Shown piece by piece: positions 9,845 to 18,915 of a stretch of DNA of 64,000 bases; the first letter of the stretch is position 1; every line of letters begins with the position of its first letter. The stretch comes from Sphingosinicella sp. GTDB lineage: Bacteria; Pseudomonadota; Alphaproteobacteria; Sphingomonadales; Sphingomonadaceae. The notes below the pieces were generated by a model, which saw only the letters and a program-made list of their open reading frames with translations, ran no database searches and was not told the origin of the DNA. The position numbers and the translations under genes were made by a program. Location: the NCBI GenBank assembly GCA_052388015.1, contig JBQTIN010000041.1; one strand, written 5' to 3'.

Positions 9845-11146
9845 ATGCGGCGGCTGGCGGCGCTTGGCCTGATGCTTTTGCTTGGCCTGCTCGGCGCGCC
9901 CGCGTCGGCCCAATCCGACGATCTCGACGCCATCGCGCGCGATTATGTCCGGCTCCAGCTCGAGATCGGCGCCCGCGACGACGGTTATATCGACGCATAT
10001 TACGGCCCGCCCGAAATCCGCGCGGCCGCCACCGCCAATCCGCGCGGCCTCGACGAACTGGCGCGTGCCGTCGAGGGACTGAGAGGTCGGCTCCGGACCG
10101 TGCCGCCGAACGGAGGTCTTTCGCAGCGGCGCGGCGCTTTTCTCGAGGCCCAGCTCAACGCCGCCAGTCACCGGCTGCGCATGCTGCGCGGCGAGCGGCT
10201 GAGCTTCGCCGAGGAGGCGCGCGGGCTCTATGGCGTTGAGGTGGAAGGGCTGCTCCACCCGCTCACACACTACGACCCGGTCCTCGCCCGGATCGAGCGC
10301 CTGGTGCCGGGCACCGGGCCGCTGCCGGAGCGGGTCGAAGACTTGCTCGCCCGCTTCACGATTCCGCGCGAGCGCCTGGAAGCGGTGATGCGCGCCGCGA
10401 TCGCGGAGTGCCGGCGGCGAACCATTGCCTATCTTCCGCTGCCCCGCGACGAGGCGTTCACGCTGGAGTTCGTCACCAACCAGCCCTGGTCCGGCTACAA
10501 TTGGTATCAGGGCAATTACCGCAGCCTCATCCAGGTCAACACCGATCAGCCGGCGCGGTTGAGCCGGGCTGTCGATCTTGGGTGCCACGAAGGCTATCCC
10601 GGCCATCACGCCTATAACGTGCTGCTGGAGCAGGCTCTCGCGCGCGGCCGCGGCTGGGTCGAGTATCAGGTCTATCCGCTTTACTCGCCGCAGAGCCTGA
10701 TCGCCGAGGGCAGTGCCAATTACGGCGTTCCGCTCGCCTTCCCGGGCCGCGATCGGCTTCAATTCGAGACGCGCGTGCTTTACCCGCTCGCCGGCCTTTC
10801 GACGCGAGGCGCGGCCACCTATCTCGCGCTGCAGCAGGCGATGGAGGCGCTGTCCGGCGCGCGCTTCACGATCGCGCGCGAGCTGCTGGAAGGGCGGATC
10901 ACGCGCGAAGAGGCGATCGCCCTCGCCCAGCGCTATCAGCTCATGACCCGCTCCCGGGCCGAGCAATCGGTCCGCTTCACGGAGCGCTACCGCGCCTATG
11001 TGATCAATTACGGCCTCGGCCGGGACATGGTCGCGGCCCATATCGAGAGGCAGGGCCGGACGCCGTACGTCCGTTGGATGGCGATGCGGCGCTTGCTGTC
11101 GGAGCCGGTGCTGCCGGTTGACCTTCTGCCGCGCGCCCCCAGATGA
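9845..11146 (+). CDS. Secreted hypothetical protein, DUF885-like possible metallopeptidase
   Basis: Signal peptide; HEGYPGHH motif and downstream AEG as in DUF885 proteins. Confidence 0.7.
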   Translation: MRRLAALGLMLLLGLLGAPASAQSDDLDAIARDYVRLQLEIGARDDGYIDAYYGPPEIRAAATANPRGLDELARAVEGLRGRLRTVPPNGGLSQRRGAFLEAQLNAASHRLRMLRGERLSFAEEARGLYGVEVEGLLHPLTHYDPVLARIERLVPGTGPLPERVEDLLARFTIPRERLEAVMRAAIAECRRRTIAYLPLPRDEAFTLEFVTNQPWSGYNWYQGNYRSLIQVNTDQPARLSRAVDLGCHEGYPGHHAYNVLLEQALARGRGWVEYQVYPLYSPQSLIAEGSANYGVPLAFPGRDRLQFETRVLYPLAGLSTRGAATYLALQQAMEALSGARFTIARELLEGRITREEAIALAQRYQLMTRSRAEQSVRFTERYRAYVINYGLGRDMVAAHIERQGRTPYVRWMAMRRLLSEPVLPVDLLPRAPR

Positions 11147-11739
11147 ATGCCATGACGCTTCGCACCGCCTTCGCCGTCCTGATCGCCGCCGCCCTCGCCA
11201 GCGCCTCGGTCGCGCAGGGCAGCCGGACCGAACGCGCGATCTTCGCCGGCGGCTGCTTCTGGTCGACCGAGAATGACATGGAGCATGTGCCGGGCGTGAG
11301 CTCGGCGGTGTCCGGCTTCACCGGCGGCACCGTCGCGAACCCGACCTATGAGCAGACCAGCGCCGGCGGCACCGGCCATGTCGAGGCGGTGGTCGTCGTC
11401 TTCGATCCCGCGCGGATCAGCTATGCCCAGCTCGTCCGCCGCTTCCTGAGGACGATCGACCCGACTGACGATGGGGGCCAGTTTTGCGATCGCGGCCCGG
11501 TCTACCGCACAGCGATCTTCGCGATCGGCGACGCGCAAAGGCGCGAAGCGCTGGCCGCGGTGGCAGAGGCGAACCGGCAGCTGGGCGGCCGGGTGGTGAC
11601 GCCGGTGCGCGCCGCCAGCCGCTTCTACGGCGCCGCGCTCAATCACCAGGATTATGCGCGGCGCAATCCCGAGCGTTACGCCGCCTATCGCCGCGGCTGC
11701 GGCCGCGACGCGGCGCTGCGCCGGGTGTGGGGCGGCTAG
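11143..11739 (+). CDS. msrA: Periplasmic peptide-methionine (S)-S-oxide reductase
   Basis: GGCFW, TGHVEAV, GQFCDRG, HQDY motifs; signal peptide. Confidence 0.92.
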   Translation: MNAMTLRTAFAVLIAAALASASVAQGSRTERAIFAGGCFWSTENDMEHVPGVSSAVSGFTGGTVANPTYEQTSAGGTGHVEAVVVVFDPARISYAQLVRRFLRTIDPTDDGGQFCDRGPVYRTAIFAIGDAQRREALAAVAEANRQLGGRVVTPVRAASRFYGAALNHQDYARRNPERYAAYRRGCGRDAALRRVWGG

Positions 11740-11744
11740 GCGGC

Positions 11745-12719
11745 TCAGCCGCGCGTGATATTTTCGATGCGCCGTATATCGGCGATGGTCACCCCGCCAC
11801 GCTCATCCACGATGCGCACGACATCGCCCAGCCGCTCTGCATTGCCGTAAAGAGAATAGCCGCCGGTAAAGCGAACGGCCCGGGCCATCGTGTCCTCGAG
11901 GTGCGCTGGAATGATCTCGGCGACGTCGCTGTTGTCGATCAGCATCATGCCGTCGGCGGTTTCGAGGTGCAGAAAACCATCGCCGCGCGAGCAATTGTCG
12001 AAGGCGATCGATTGGCCTGAGGCGCGGATGAGCAGGCCAAGCGAATCGCCGCAATTGTCGGCATCGTTCGCGGCGGCGACCATGGTGAGGGCGACCAGCT
12101 CAGCGGCCAACCACTCCACCTGCCCGCCCGGCAGACGGATGCGATAAAAGCCGTCCCGGATCTCAAGAACCTGCACGAACAGGTTGCGCTGAATGTGGAC
12201 TCTGCTCGTGCCATTTGCGGAGCTGATGGCGACCCCGCGGCTTGGTATGAAGCCCCTCAGCGCGGCAACCGGCACTCGTCCGCCATTGACGAATTCGTAG
12301 ATCGTACCGCCTTCGAGCACGCCTACGGCTTCACCTTGGGCGATAAGCCTGCCGCCGCCAAGCTCCAGCCTCGCGATCGGTTCGAAGCCGGCGCGGATCA
12401 GCCCGCCGCGTTCGATTGTCAGCGCTGCCGTGCGCGTTCCGCCGGCGGTCACTTGCTGGAGCGTCTCGCTGATCACGCCTCTTCGCGCAGCAGCGCTGAT
12501 CAGCGGATCCGACACGAGAACGCGAGAGGCGCCGGCCCGAATGGCAGCGCCGCGCGCCACTGCCCCCGCTGCGCCTCTCAGCGCCAGGGAACCGGCGGCA
12601 CCGGCCAGACAGCCGCTCAGCAGCAAGCACAAACATGCACCGGCAACGGCTCGCCGTCCCGGCCGGACTCGAACGCCACGTTGCGGAAGAGCCATCATGT
12701 CTTCGGTCCAGAAAGGCAT
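11745..12719 (-). CDS. Orphan putative lipoprotein, possible SH3-like domain
   Basis: LLSGC lipobox; VQVLEIRDGFYRIRLPGGQVEWL resembles a bacterial SH3 domain; atypical codon usage; start uncertain. Confidence 0.55.
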   Translation of the reverse strand: MPFWTEDMMALPQRGVRVRPGRRAVAGACLCLLLSGCLAGAAGSLALRGAAGAVARGAAIRAGASRVLVSDPLISAAARRGVISETLQQVTAGGTRTAALTIERGGLIRAGFEPIARLELGGGRLIAQGEAVGVLEGGTIYEFVNGGRVPVAALRGFIPSRGVAISSANGTSRVHIQRNLFVQVLEIRDGFYRIRLPGGQVEWLAAELVALTMVAAANDADNCGDSLGLLIRASGQSIAFDNCSRGDGFLHLETADGMMLIDNSDVAEIIPAHLEDTMARAVRFTGGYSLYGNAERLGDVVRIVDERGGVTIADIRRIENITRG

Positions 12720-12731
12720 TATAGCACAATC

Positions 12732-13439
12732 GTGAGATCAGCGCGCGCAATTCCTGTTCTTCATTTGGCAACGCTAGCGGCGTTGCTTGGCTGCAGCGCG
12801 CGCGATTATCCTGCGGAGCTGAACGCAGCGAACGCGCAGCTACAGGCGCAACAGGCTGCGCTTGATGAAGCGGAGCGAAACCTCAACGCCCTGCGAGCTC
12901 GGGTGGATGAACTTGAAGCGCGGGGCGACCCGATCCACGATCTTCGTCTTTCTGTTACTGTCCGATGCCGAGCGTTGTCCGTCCGGCCGCCGGAACGTTT
13001 TCGGGCGGGAACCGTCCTGGAATTGATCCAGGCCGGCGGCGGCCACTGGCGGATGAGCGATGATCCGACTTCGGTGGCGACCGTGGCTGAGCTTGGAACC
13101 GATCTCTATGCGGTGACATTCACCTATCAAGCGCGGCCCGGTGAACCGCAGACCGTCCTAGGCCAGGATGTCCGGGATCTCACCCAAGTCAGCGCGCTCC
13201 GGGTCAGACTGGACAGCGTCCTCGCCGCCTTCGGGCTAGAAATAATGCCGGACGGTAATGCCGGTGTGAGCGTCGCTGTAAACGGACTGACACTTGTTGA
13301 CGTTCAAAACGTCGGCGCACCGTCTACCCCGGACCAGAATCGGTCACGGTCGCTGGACGTCTCCTCGCATTTCTCTTCCGTGCCGGACACCTATCGGGCG
13401 AGAATGCGCCAGGCTCACCGGGGTCAAATCGTCCGCTAA
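12732..13439 (+). CDS. Orphan putative lipoprotein with an N-terminal coiled coil
   Basis: GTG start inferred; LLGC lipobox followed by a heptad-rich segment. Confidence 0.55.
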   Translation: MRSARAIPVLHLATLAALLGCSARDYPAELNAANAQLQAQQAALDEAERNLNALRARVDELEARGDPIHDLRLSVTVRCRALSVRPPERFRAGTVLELIQAGGGHWRMSDDPTSVATVAELGTDLYAVTFTYQARPGEPQTVLGQDVRDLTQVSALRVRLDSVLAAFGLEIMPDGNAGVSVAVNGLTLVDVQNVGAPSTPDQNRSRSLDVSSHFSSVPDTYRARMRQAHRGQIVR

Positions 13440-14761
13440 CGCCGCGCCAGCACGTCGAGCGCGGCCACCGTCATCGCCTCCACCGCGGTCGAGATCGTCG
13501 GGTCGGGCTCCGGGGCCCAGAAGGGGCTGTGCAGCGAGGGCAGGACGGTGCCGTCGCGCTGCGCGGCGTCGTAGCGCGCCTGCGGCACGCCGCCGACCCA
13601 GAAGATCAGGCTCTGCAGCTCCGGCTGCGCGATCCGGAAGCGGCCGAAATCCTCGCCGGCCATGACCGGGCGGATCTGGCGGACCCGCGCCTCGCCGAAA
13701 TGGGCCCGGAAGCGGGCGGCCATGCTTTGGGTCAGCGCTTCGGTGTTCAATGTCGCCGGGGTCGATTCACCCTCGCGCACCGTCACCTGCGGCATCCGGT
13801 CGTCGGGAACGCCGGCGGCGATCGCCTCGCCCCGCGCGATGCGGGCGATCCCGTCGAGCAGCATCCGGCGCACCTCGGGCGTGTAGCTGCGCACGGTGAG
13901 CAGCAGCCGCGCCTCGTCCGATATGATGTTGTGCTTGGTCCCGGCCTGGAAGCTGCCGACGGTGACGACGGCGCTGTCGAGCGGGTCGAGCTCGCGGCTG
14001 ACCAGGGTCTGCAGCGCCATGACGATGCGGCTGCCGAGGACGATCGGGTCGCGCGTCGTGTGCGGCGCGGCGCCATGGCCGCCGACGCCGCGCACCACCA
14101 TGTCGACGCTGTCGACATTGGCCAGCGCCGGCCCCGGCGAGAAGCCGATCATGCCCGCCGGCAGCGTCGCCGAATCGTGGAAGGCGATGGCGTGGGTCGG
14201 GCGCGGGAAGCGGGTGAAGAGGCCCGCCTCCAGCATCGCCCGCGCGCCCTGGCTCGTCTCCTCGCCGGGCTGGGCGATCATCACCAATGTGCCGGACCAC
14301 TGGCCGCGCAGGGCGACCAGCCGCCGGGCGGTGCCGATCCAGGCGGTCATATGGGTGTCGTGGCCGCACGAATGGGCGATGAAGGTGTCGAGCCCTTCGC
14401 GGGTCTGGCCGCGCGCGCGGCTGGCGAAGGGGAGGCCGGTCCGCTCCTCCATCGGCAGCCCGTCCATGTCGGCGCGCAGCATCAGCACCGGCCCCGGCCC
14501 GTTCTCCAGCACCGCGACGATGCCGGTCCCGCCGACCCCGGTCGTGACGGTGAAGCCCAGCCGCCGCGCCTCCGCCGCCATGATCCCGGCGCTCCGCGTC
14601 TCCTGCATCGACAGCTCGGGATTGGCGTGCAGGTCGCGGTAGATGTCGAGCAGCGCCGGCATGTCGGCGCGGATCGCGGTGCGCAGCTCCTGCGCCTCCA
14701 GGGGAGCGGCGGCGATCATCGCGGCGGCCGACAGCAGGGCGGCAAGCAGTTTGCGCGGCAT
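13436..14761 (-). CDS. M20-family amidohydrolase (hippurate hydrolase-like)
   Basis: HANPELS, LRADMDGLP, HSCGHD, QPGEE, GEDF. Confidence 0.92.
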   Translation of the reverse strand: MPRKLLAALLSAAAMIAAAPLEAQELRTAIRADMPALLDIYRDLHANPELSMQETRSAGIMAAEARRLGFTVTTGVGGTGIVAVLENGPGPVLMLRADMDGLPMEERTGLPFASRARGQTREGLDTFIAHSCGHDTHMTAWIGTARRLVALRGQWSGTLVMIAQPGEETSQGARAMLEAGLFTRFPRPTHAIAFHDSATLPAGMIGFSPGPALANVDSVDMVVRGVGGHGAAPHTTRDPIVLGSRIVMALQTLVSRELDPLDSAVVTVGSFQAGTKHNIISDEARLLLTVRSYTPEVRRMLLDGIARIARGEAIAAGVPDDRMPQVTVREGESTPATLNTEALTQSMAARFRAHFGEARVRQIRPVMAGEDFGRFRIAQPELQSLIFWVGGVPQARYDAAQRDGTVLPSLHSPFWAPEPDPTISTAVEAMTVAALDVLARR

Positions 14762-14771
14762 CGCGGGCTCC

Positions 14772-15431
14772 TCATCGGCGGGGTGTGAGCTCGATCACGT
14801 CGAGCAGGGATTCATGGGCCGGGCGGGGCAATACGAGGCGCCAGCGCCGCTCGCCGATCCGCTGGACCAGGCCGATCAGGTCGCGGTCGCGGTCGACGCC
14901 ATACTGATAGGCGCGCGCCTCGTCGGTGAGCTGGAGCGTGCCGAGGAAGACGAGCCTCAGCTCATTGTCCGGATAGAGCCGGCCGATCGGCCGCTGCCCG
15001 CCGCCGAGTCGGGCGAAGGTCATCCGCGCATCGATCGCGCCGACCCGGCAGGGCGCCGCCGCTTCCGCGGAGAAGGACGGAACGAGGCCCGGCTCGCGGC
15101 TGCCCAGCTTGATCGTGCGGCAGAGATAGTCGCCCGGCGGCAGAGCCGGGTCGTCGACGGCGAGGTCGGGATCGAGCAGCGCACCTTCGGCGGCGATCGC
15201 CGCCTCGTGACCTTCGCCGCGCGCCTGGGCCAGCGCCTCGACCCAGGCGTCGCGCCAGTCGCGCAGCCGGCGCCGGTCCGCCTCGGTCGCGATCCGGCGC
15301 CAGTTGGGCCGCGCCGGCAGGCATGCGGGCGGCGCATCGCGAACGAATGGCGCCGGCTGAGCCGGCGTCGCCTCGCCTTGCGCGGCGCAGGGCTGGGCCG
15401 CGAGCGCGGCGGCGAGGAGCAAAGCGGCCAT
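14772..15431 (-). CDS. DUF4893-like secreted protein
   Basis: WRRIATEADRRRL, YLCRTIKLG, GGQRP motifs; start uncertain. Confidence 0.75.
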   Translation of the reverse strand: MAALLLAAALAAQPCAAQGEATPAQPAPFVRDAPPACLPARPNWRRIATEADRRRLRDWRDAWVEALAQARGEGHEAAIAAEGALLDPDLAVDDPALPPGDYLCRTIKLGSREPGLVPSFSAEAAAPCRVGAIDARMTFARLGGGQRPIGRLYPDNELRLVFLGTLQLTDEARAYQYGVDRDRDLIGLVQRIGERRWRLVLPRPAHESLLDVIELTPRR

Positions 15432-15564
15432 CGCCAATCCTTGCGCCAGAACGGCCGCGCCCGGCAAGGGCGCGCGGAAGCCGTTGCGCCCGGCCCTGTT
15501 TCATTGCACGACCGGCATGGGCGCCTCGGCGTCCTGGGCTCGGTTCAGATCAAGGGGGTTCGTC

Positions 15565-16044
15565 ATGGATATCGCACGCACGCTCGCCGTCTTCACTGCC
15601 GCCGCCATCGGCTGCGCGGCCGTTCCCGCCGCCGTCGCGCAGGACGTCAATGGGGAGCCCAATTACGGGACGGTCAGCCTCCGCTCCGGCTTCCTGCCCG
15701 ATCCGCATGTCATCCCGCTCCAGTCCGGCGGCGATATCGATGTCGGCCGGCTCAACGCGAACTGCCGCGGCTTCATCACCAACGCCCCGGACGTGCGGCT
15801 CAACTACACGGCCGGGACGCTGCCGCTCTACATCTCGGTCGATTCGAGCGCCGACACGACTTTGGTCGTCAATGGCCCGGACGGCGAATGGTATTGCGAC
15901 GACGACGGCGGCACGCGCGGCCTCAACCCCTCGATCCGCTTCGAGACGCCGCAGAGCGGTCGCTACGAAATCTGGGTCGGCACCTATGGCAGCGCGACCT
16001 TGCGCAACGCCCGGCTGAACATTTCGGAGCTGTACAGCCAGTAG
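15565..16044 (+). CDS. Secreted protein with a pre-peptidase C-terminal (PPC)-like domain
   Basis: Signal peptide; GFLPDP, DTTLVVNGPDGEWYCDDD, SGRYEIWVG. Confidence 0.75.
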   Translation: MDIARTLAVFTAAAIGCAAVPAAVAQDVNGEPNYGTVSLRSGFLPDPHVIPLQSGGDIDVGRLNANCRGFITNAPDVRLNYTAGTLPLYISVDSSADTTLVVNGPDGEWYCDDDGGTRGLNPSIRFETPQSGRYEIWVGTYGSATLRNARLNISELYSQ

Positions 16045-16047
16045 GCG

Positions 16048-16806
16048 TCAGGCGGCCGTCCAGCCGCCGTCCATGCTGAGGTTCGCGCCGGTGATGCTGG
16101 CCGCCTCGTCGCGGCAGAGGAAGAGGGCGAGCGCGGCGACCTGATCGACGGTGACGAACTGCTTGGTCGGCTGGGCGGCGAGCATGACGTCGTTGATCAC
16201 CTGCTCGCGGGTCAGGCCGCGCGACGCCATGGTGTCCGGGATCTGGTTCTCGACCAGGGAGGTCCAGACATAGCCGGGGCTGATGCAATTCACCGTCACG
16301 CCGGCCCGGGCGACCTCGAGCGCGACCGTCTTGGTGAAGCCGGCGATGCCATGCTTGGCGGCGACATAGGCCGACTTGTTCGGGGACGCGACGAGGCTGT
16401 GCGCCGAGGCGGTGTTGATCACCCGGCCCCAGCCCTTCGCCTTCATCGTCGGCAAGGCCAAGCGGGTGGTGTGGAAGGCGGCGCTCAGGTTGAGCGCGAT
16501 GATCAGGTCCCATTTCTCCGGCAGGAAGGCGTCGACCGGCGCGACATGCTGGGTGCCGGCATTGTTGACCAGGATGTCGATCGGGCCCGCCTCGGCCATC
16601 ATCGCCTCGATCGCCGCCGGATCGGTGAGGTCGGCGCCCGAATGGGTCGCGTTGAGCTCGTCGCACAATCGAGCGATCTCGTCCGCCGCGCCGAAGCCGT
16701 TCAGGATGACGCGCGTCCCCTCACCGGCGAGCGCGCGGGCGATGGCGAGGCCGATTCCGGAGGTGGAACCGGTGACGAGCGCAGTCTTGCCTTGAAGGAA
16801 CATCAT
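16048..16806 (-). CDS. bdhA: 3-hydroxybutyrate dehydrogenase
   Basis: SDR motifs TGSTSGIG, NNAGTQH, SAH, KSAYVAAKHG. Confidence 0.92.
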   Translation of the reverse strand: MMFLQGKTALVTGSTSGIGLAIARALAGEGTRVILNGFGAADEIARLCDELNATHSGADLTDPAAIEAMMAEAGPIDILVNNAGTQHVAPVDAFLPEKWDLIIALNLSAAFHTTRLALPTMKAKGWGRVINTASAHSLVASPNKSAYVAAKHGIAGFTKTVALEVARAGVTVNCISPGYVWTSLVENQIPDTMASRGLTREQVINDVMLAAQPTKQFVTVDQVAALALFLCRDEAASITGANLSMDGGWTAA

Positions 16807-16895
16807 TGGCCTTTCGAGTGTCTGGAGATTAAGTCTGCTCTGACCAGCGGCGGCGTGCTTGGCAACCGTCCGGTCTCTTGAGGGAGAATGCCGCC

Positions 16896-17801
16896 ATGCG
16901 CTTCGGGGATCGCCAGACCAGCGACAACGTCGAGAGCCAGCGCGGCCAGTATTCGGGGGGCGGCGGTGGTGGCCTCGGCGGCGGCGCGGGCATGCTGATC
17001 AGCCTGGTCGCCAGCCGCTTCGGGATCGGCGGCGTCCTCGTCCTCATCGTCCTGTTCCTGATCTTCGGCGGGCTGGGCAGCCTGACCGGCGGCGGCGACC
17101 GCGTCGCCGGGCCGGCGCAGCAGCCGGGCCAGCCGCAGGCGCAGACCGGCAATGTCTGCCAGTCCGATCCGATCACCCGTTTCTCCTGCCAGGTGCTGCG
17201 CTCGACCGAGGAGCGCTGGACCGAGATGTTCCGCGAGACGGGCCGGCAATATGAGGTGCCGCGGATGGTGCTCTATACCGGCGGTGGCCGCTCCGGCTGC
17301 GGCGCCGCCAACGCGCAGATGGGGCCGTTCTACTGCCCCGCCGACCATCGCATCTATCTCGACACCAGCTTCTTCCAGGAGCTGGAGCGGCGCTTCTCCG
17401 CCCCGGGCGACTTCGCTCAGGCCTATGTGATCGCGCACGAGGTCGGCCATCACGTCCAGACCATCACCGGCACGTCCGATCAGATCCGCCGCGCCCAGCG
17501 CGCCGTCGGCGAGAGCGAATCGAACGCGCTTCAGGTCCGGATGGAATTGCAGGCCGATTGCTATGCCGGCGTCTGGGCGGCGCGCGAGCGGGTCGCGCTC
17601 GAGCCGGGCGACATGGAGGAGGGGCTGCGCGCCGCCTCGGCGATCGGCGACGACACGCTGCAGCGCGCCGGCGGCGGCGCGGTGGTGCCGGAGAGCTTCA
17701 CCCATGGCAGCGCGGCGCAGCGCCAGGAGGCGCTGATGCGGGGCTTCAACGGTGGCGGCAACCCGCAGGTCTGCGCCACCTACACGCAGGGGATTCGCTA
17801 A
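16896..17801 (+). CDS. Neutral zinc metallopeptidase (YpfJ family)
   Basis: GPFYCPAD, AHEVGHH, ELQADCYAG, ESFTHGS. Confidence 0.92.
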   Translation: MRFGDRQTSDNVESQRGQYSGGGGGGLGGGAGMLISLVASRFGIGGVLVLIVLFLIFGGLGSLTGGGDRVAGPAQQPGQPQAQTGNVCQSDPITRFSCQVLRSTEERWTEMFRETGRQYEVPRMVLYTGGGRSGCGAANAQMGPFYCPADHRIYLDTSFFQELERRFSAPGDFAQAYVIAHEVGHHVQTITGTSDQIRRAQRAVGESESNALQVRMELQADCYAGVWAARERVALEPGDMEEGLRAASAIGDDTLQRAGGGAVVPESFTHGSAAQRQEALMRGFNGGGNPQVCATYTQGIR

Positions 17802-17802
17802 C

Positions 17803-17822
17803 TGTATTAGCGTTGTAATACG
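17803..17822. promoter_or_regulatory. Palindromic operator TGTATTA-N6-TAATACG (GntR/YtrA-like)
   Basis: TGTATTAGCGTTGTAATACG, 43 bp upstream of the hydrolase; same arms as the site at 62233-62252. Confidence 0.6.
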
Positions 17823-17865
17823 GGCGGAGGCGAGCCAGACGCGCGCCATCTACGGGGAGAAGGTC

Positions 17866-18738
17866 ATGATTCGCGCGTTCGCCTTGCTGCTTCTGCTGAT
17901 CGCCGCGCCCGCCGCCGCGCAAGGAACCTTCACCAGCGAACGGATCGGGGTGAGGGTGCAAGGCTCGGGGCCGGACGTGATCCTGATCCCCGGCCTCACT
18001 TCGTCGCCCGATGTGTGGGCGAGCACGGTCGCCGCGGTGCCCGGCTATCGCTACCATCTCGTCCATGTCTCCGGCTTCGCCGGCCGGCCGGCCGGGGCCA
18101 ATGCGAGCGGACCGGTGGTTGCTCCGGTCGCCGAGGAGATCGCGCGCTACATTCGCGAACAAAGGTTGAACCGGCCCGCCTTGGTCGGCCATTCGATGGG
18201 CGGCAGCTGGGCGATGATGGTCGCCGGCCGCCATCCCGAACTCGCCGGGCGGGTGATGGTCGTCGACATGATGCCGTTCATGGCGGCGATGTTCGGCGGC
18301 CCGGGCGCGACGCCGGACAGCATCCGTCCGATGGCCGAGCAGATGCGGGCCGGCATGGCGAGCAGCCAGGGCGCGGCGAGGCGCCAGCGCATCGAGCAGA
18401 CGATCGCCTCCATGGCCCGCACTGAATCGGAACGGCCGGCTCTCGTCGAGCAGGGCATGACCAGCGATCCCGTGGTCGGCGCCCAGGCCATGTATGACCT
18501 GATCGTCACCGATCTTCGCCCGGAGGTCGCGCGCATCCGGGTGCCGTTCACCGTGCTCTGGGTGCGGCCGCCCAACGCGCCGGTGACCGAGGAGCAGATG
18601 ACCGGCTTCTATGCCATGTCCTATGCCGGCGCGCCGCATGCTGTGGTGCGGCGGGTACCCAATTCCTACCATTTCATCATGCTGGACGAGCCGGAAGCCT
18701 TCCAGCGCGAGCTTCGGGCGTTCCTGACAGCGCGCTGA
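17866..18738 (+). CDS. Secreted alpha/beta hydrolase
   Basis: Signal peptide, IPGL, GHSMGG nucleophile elbow, catalytic His in SYHFIMLD. Confidence 0.9.
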   Translation: MIRAFALLLLLIAAPAAAQGTFTSERIGVRVQGSGPDVILIPGLTSSPDVWASTVAAVPGYRYHLVHVSGFAGRPAGANASGPVVAPVAEEIARYIREQRLNRPALVGHSMGGSWAMMVAGRHPELAGRVMVVDMMPFMAAMFGGPGATPDSIRPMAEQMRAGMASSQGAARRQRIEQTIASMARTESERPALVEQGMTSDPVVGAQAMYDLIVTDLRPEVARIRVPFTVLWVRPPNAPVTEEQMTGFYAMSYAGAPHAVVRRVPNSYHFIMLDEPEAFQRELRAFLTAR

Positions 18739-18756
18739 GCGCCGAACCGCCTTGCT

Positions 18757-18875
18757 GAAACGAAAAGCGCCGGCGTGGCGGCTGCGTGCCACGCCGGCGC
18801 GGATGGACGCGCAATTGGGGAGAGCCGCCCATCTTGAGCGGCGCGCAGTGACGCAGCGCGCCGTTCGATTCAGCA
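18757..18875 (-). ncRNA. Candidate Fur-regulated sRNA
   Basis: Lies between a Fur-like box and a terminator; contains an 8-bp hairpin and a CUCUCCCC anti-SD tract; ends approximate. Confidence 0.4.
18763..18800 (-). terminator. Intrinsic terminator
   Basis: Minus strand GCGCCGGCGTGGC-loop-GCCACGCCGGCGC followed by TTTTCGTTT. Confidence 0.8.
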
Positions 18876-18884
18876 ATGTCACTG

Positions 18885-18902
18885 CTGCGAATGATTTGCA
18901 AT
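18885..18902. promoter_or_regulatory. Fur-like box downstream of the TonB receptor gene
   Basis: CTGCGAATGATTTGCAAT closely matches the box at 21134-21150. Confidence 0.6.
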
Positions 18903-18915
18903 AGCTATTCGTGCA

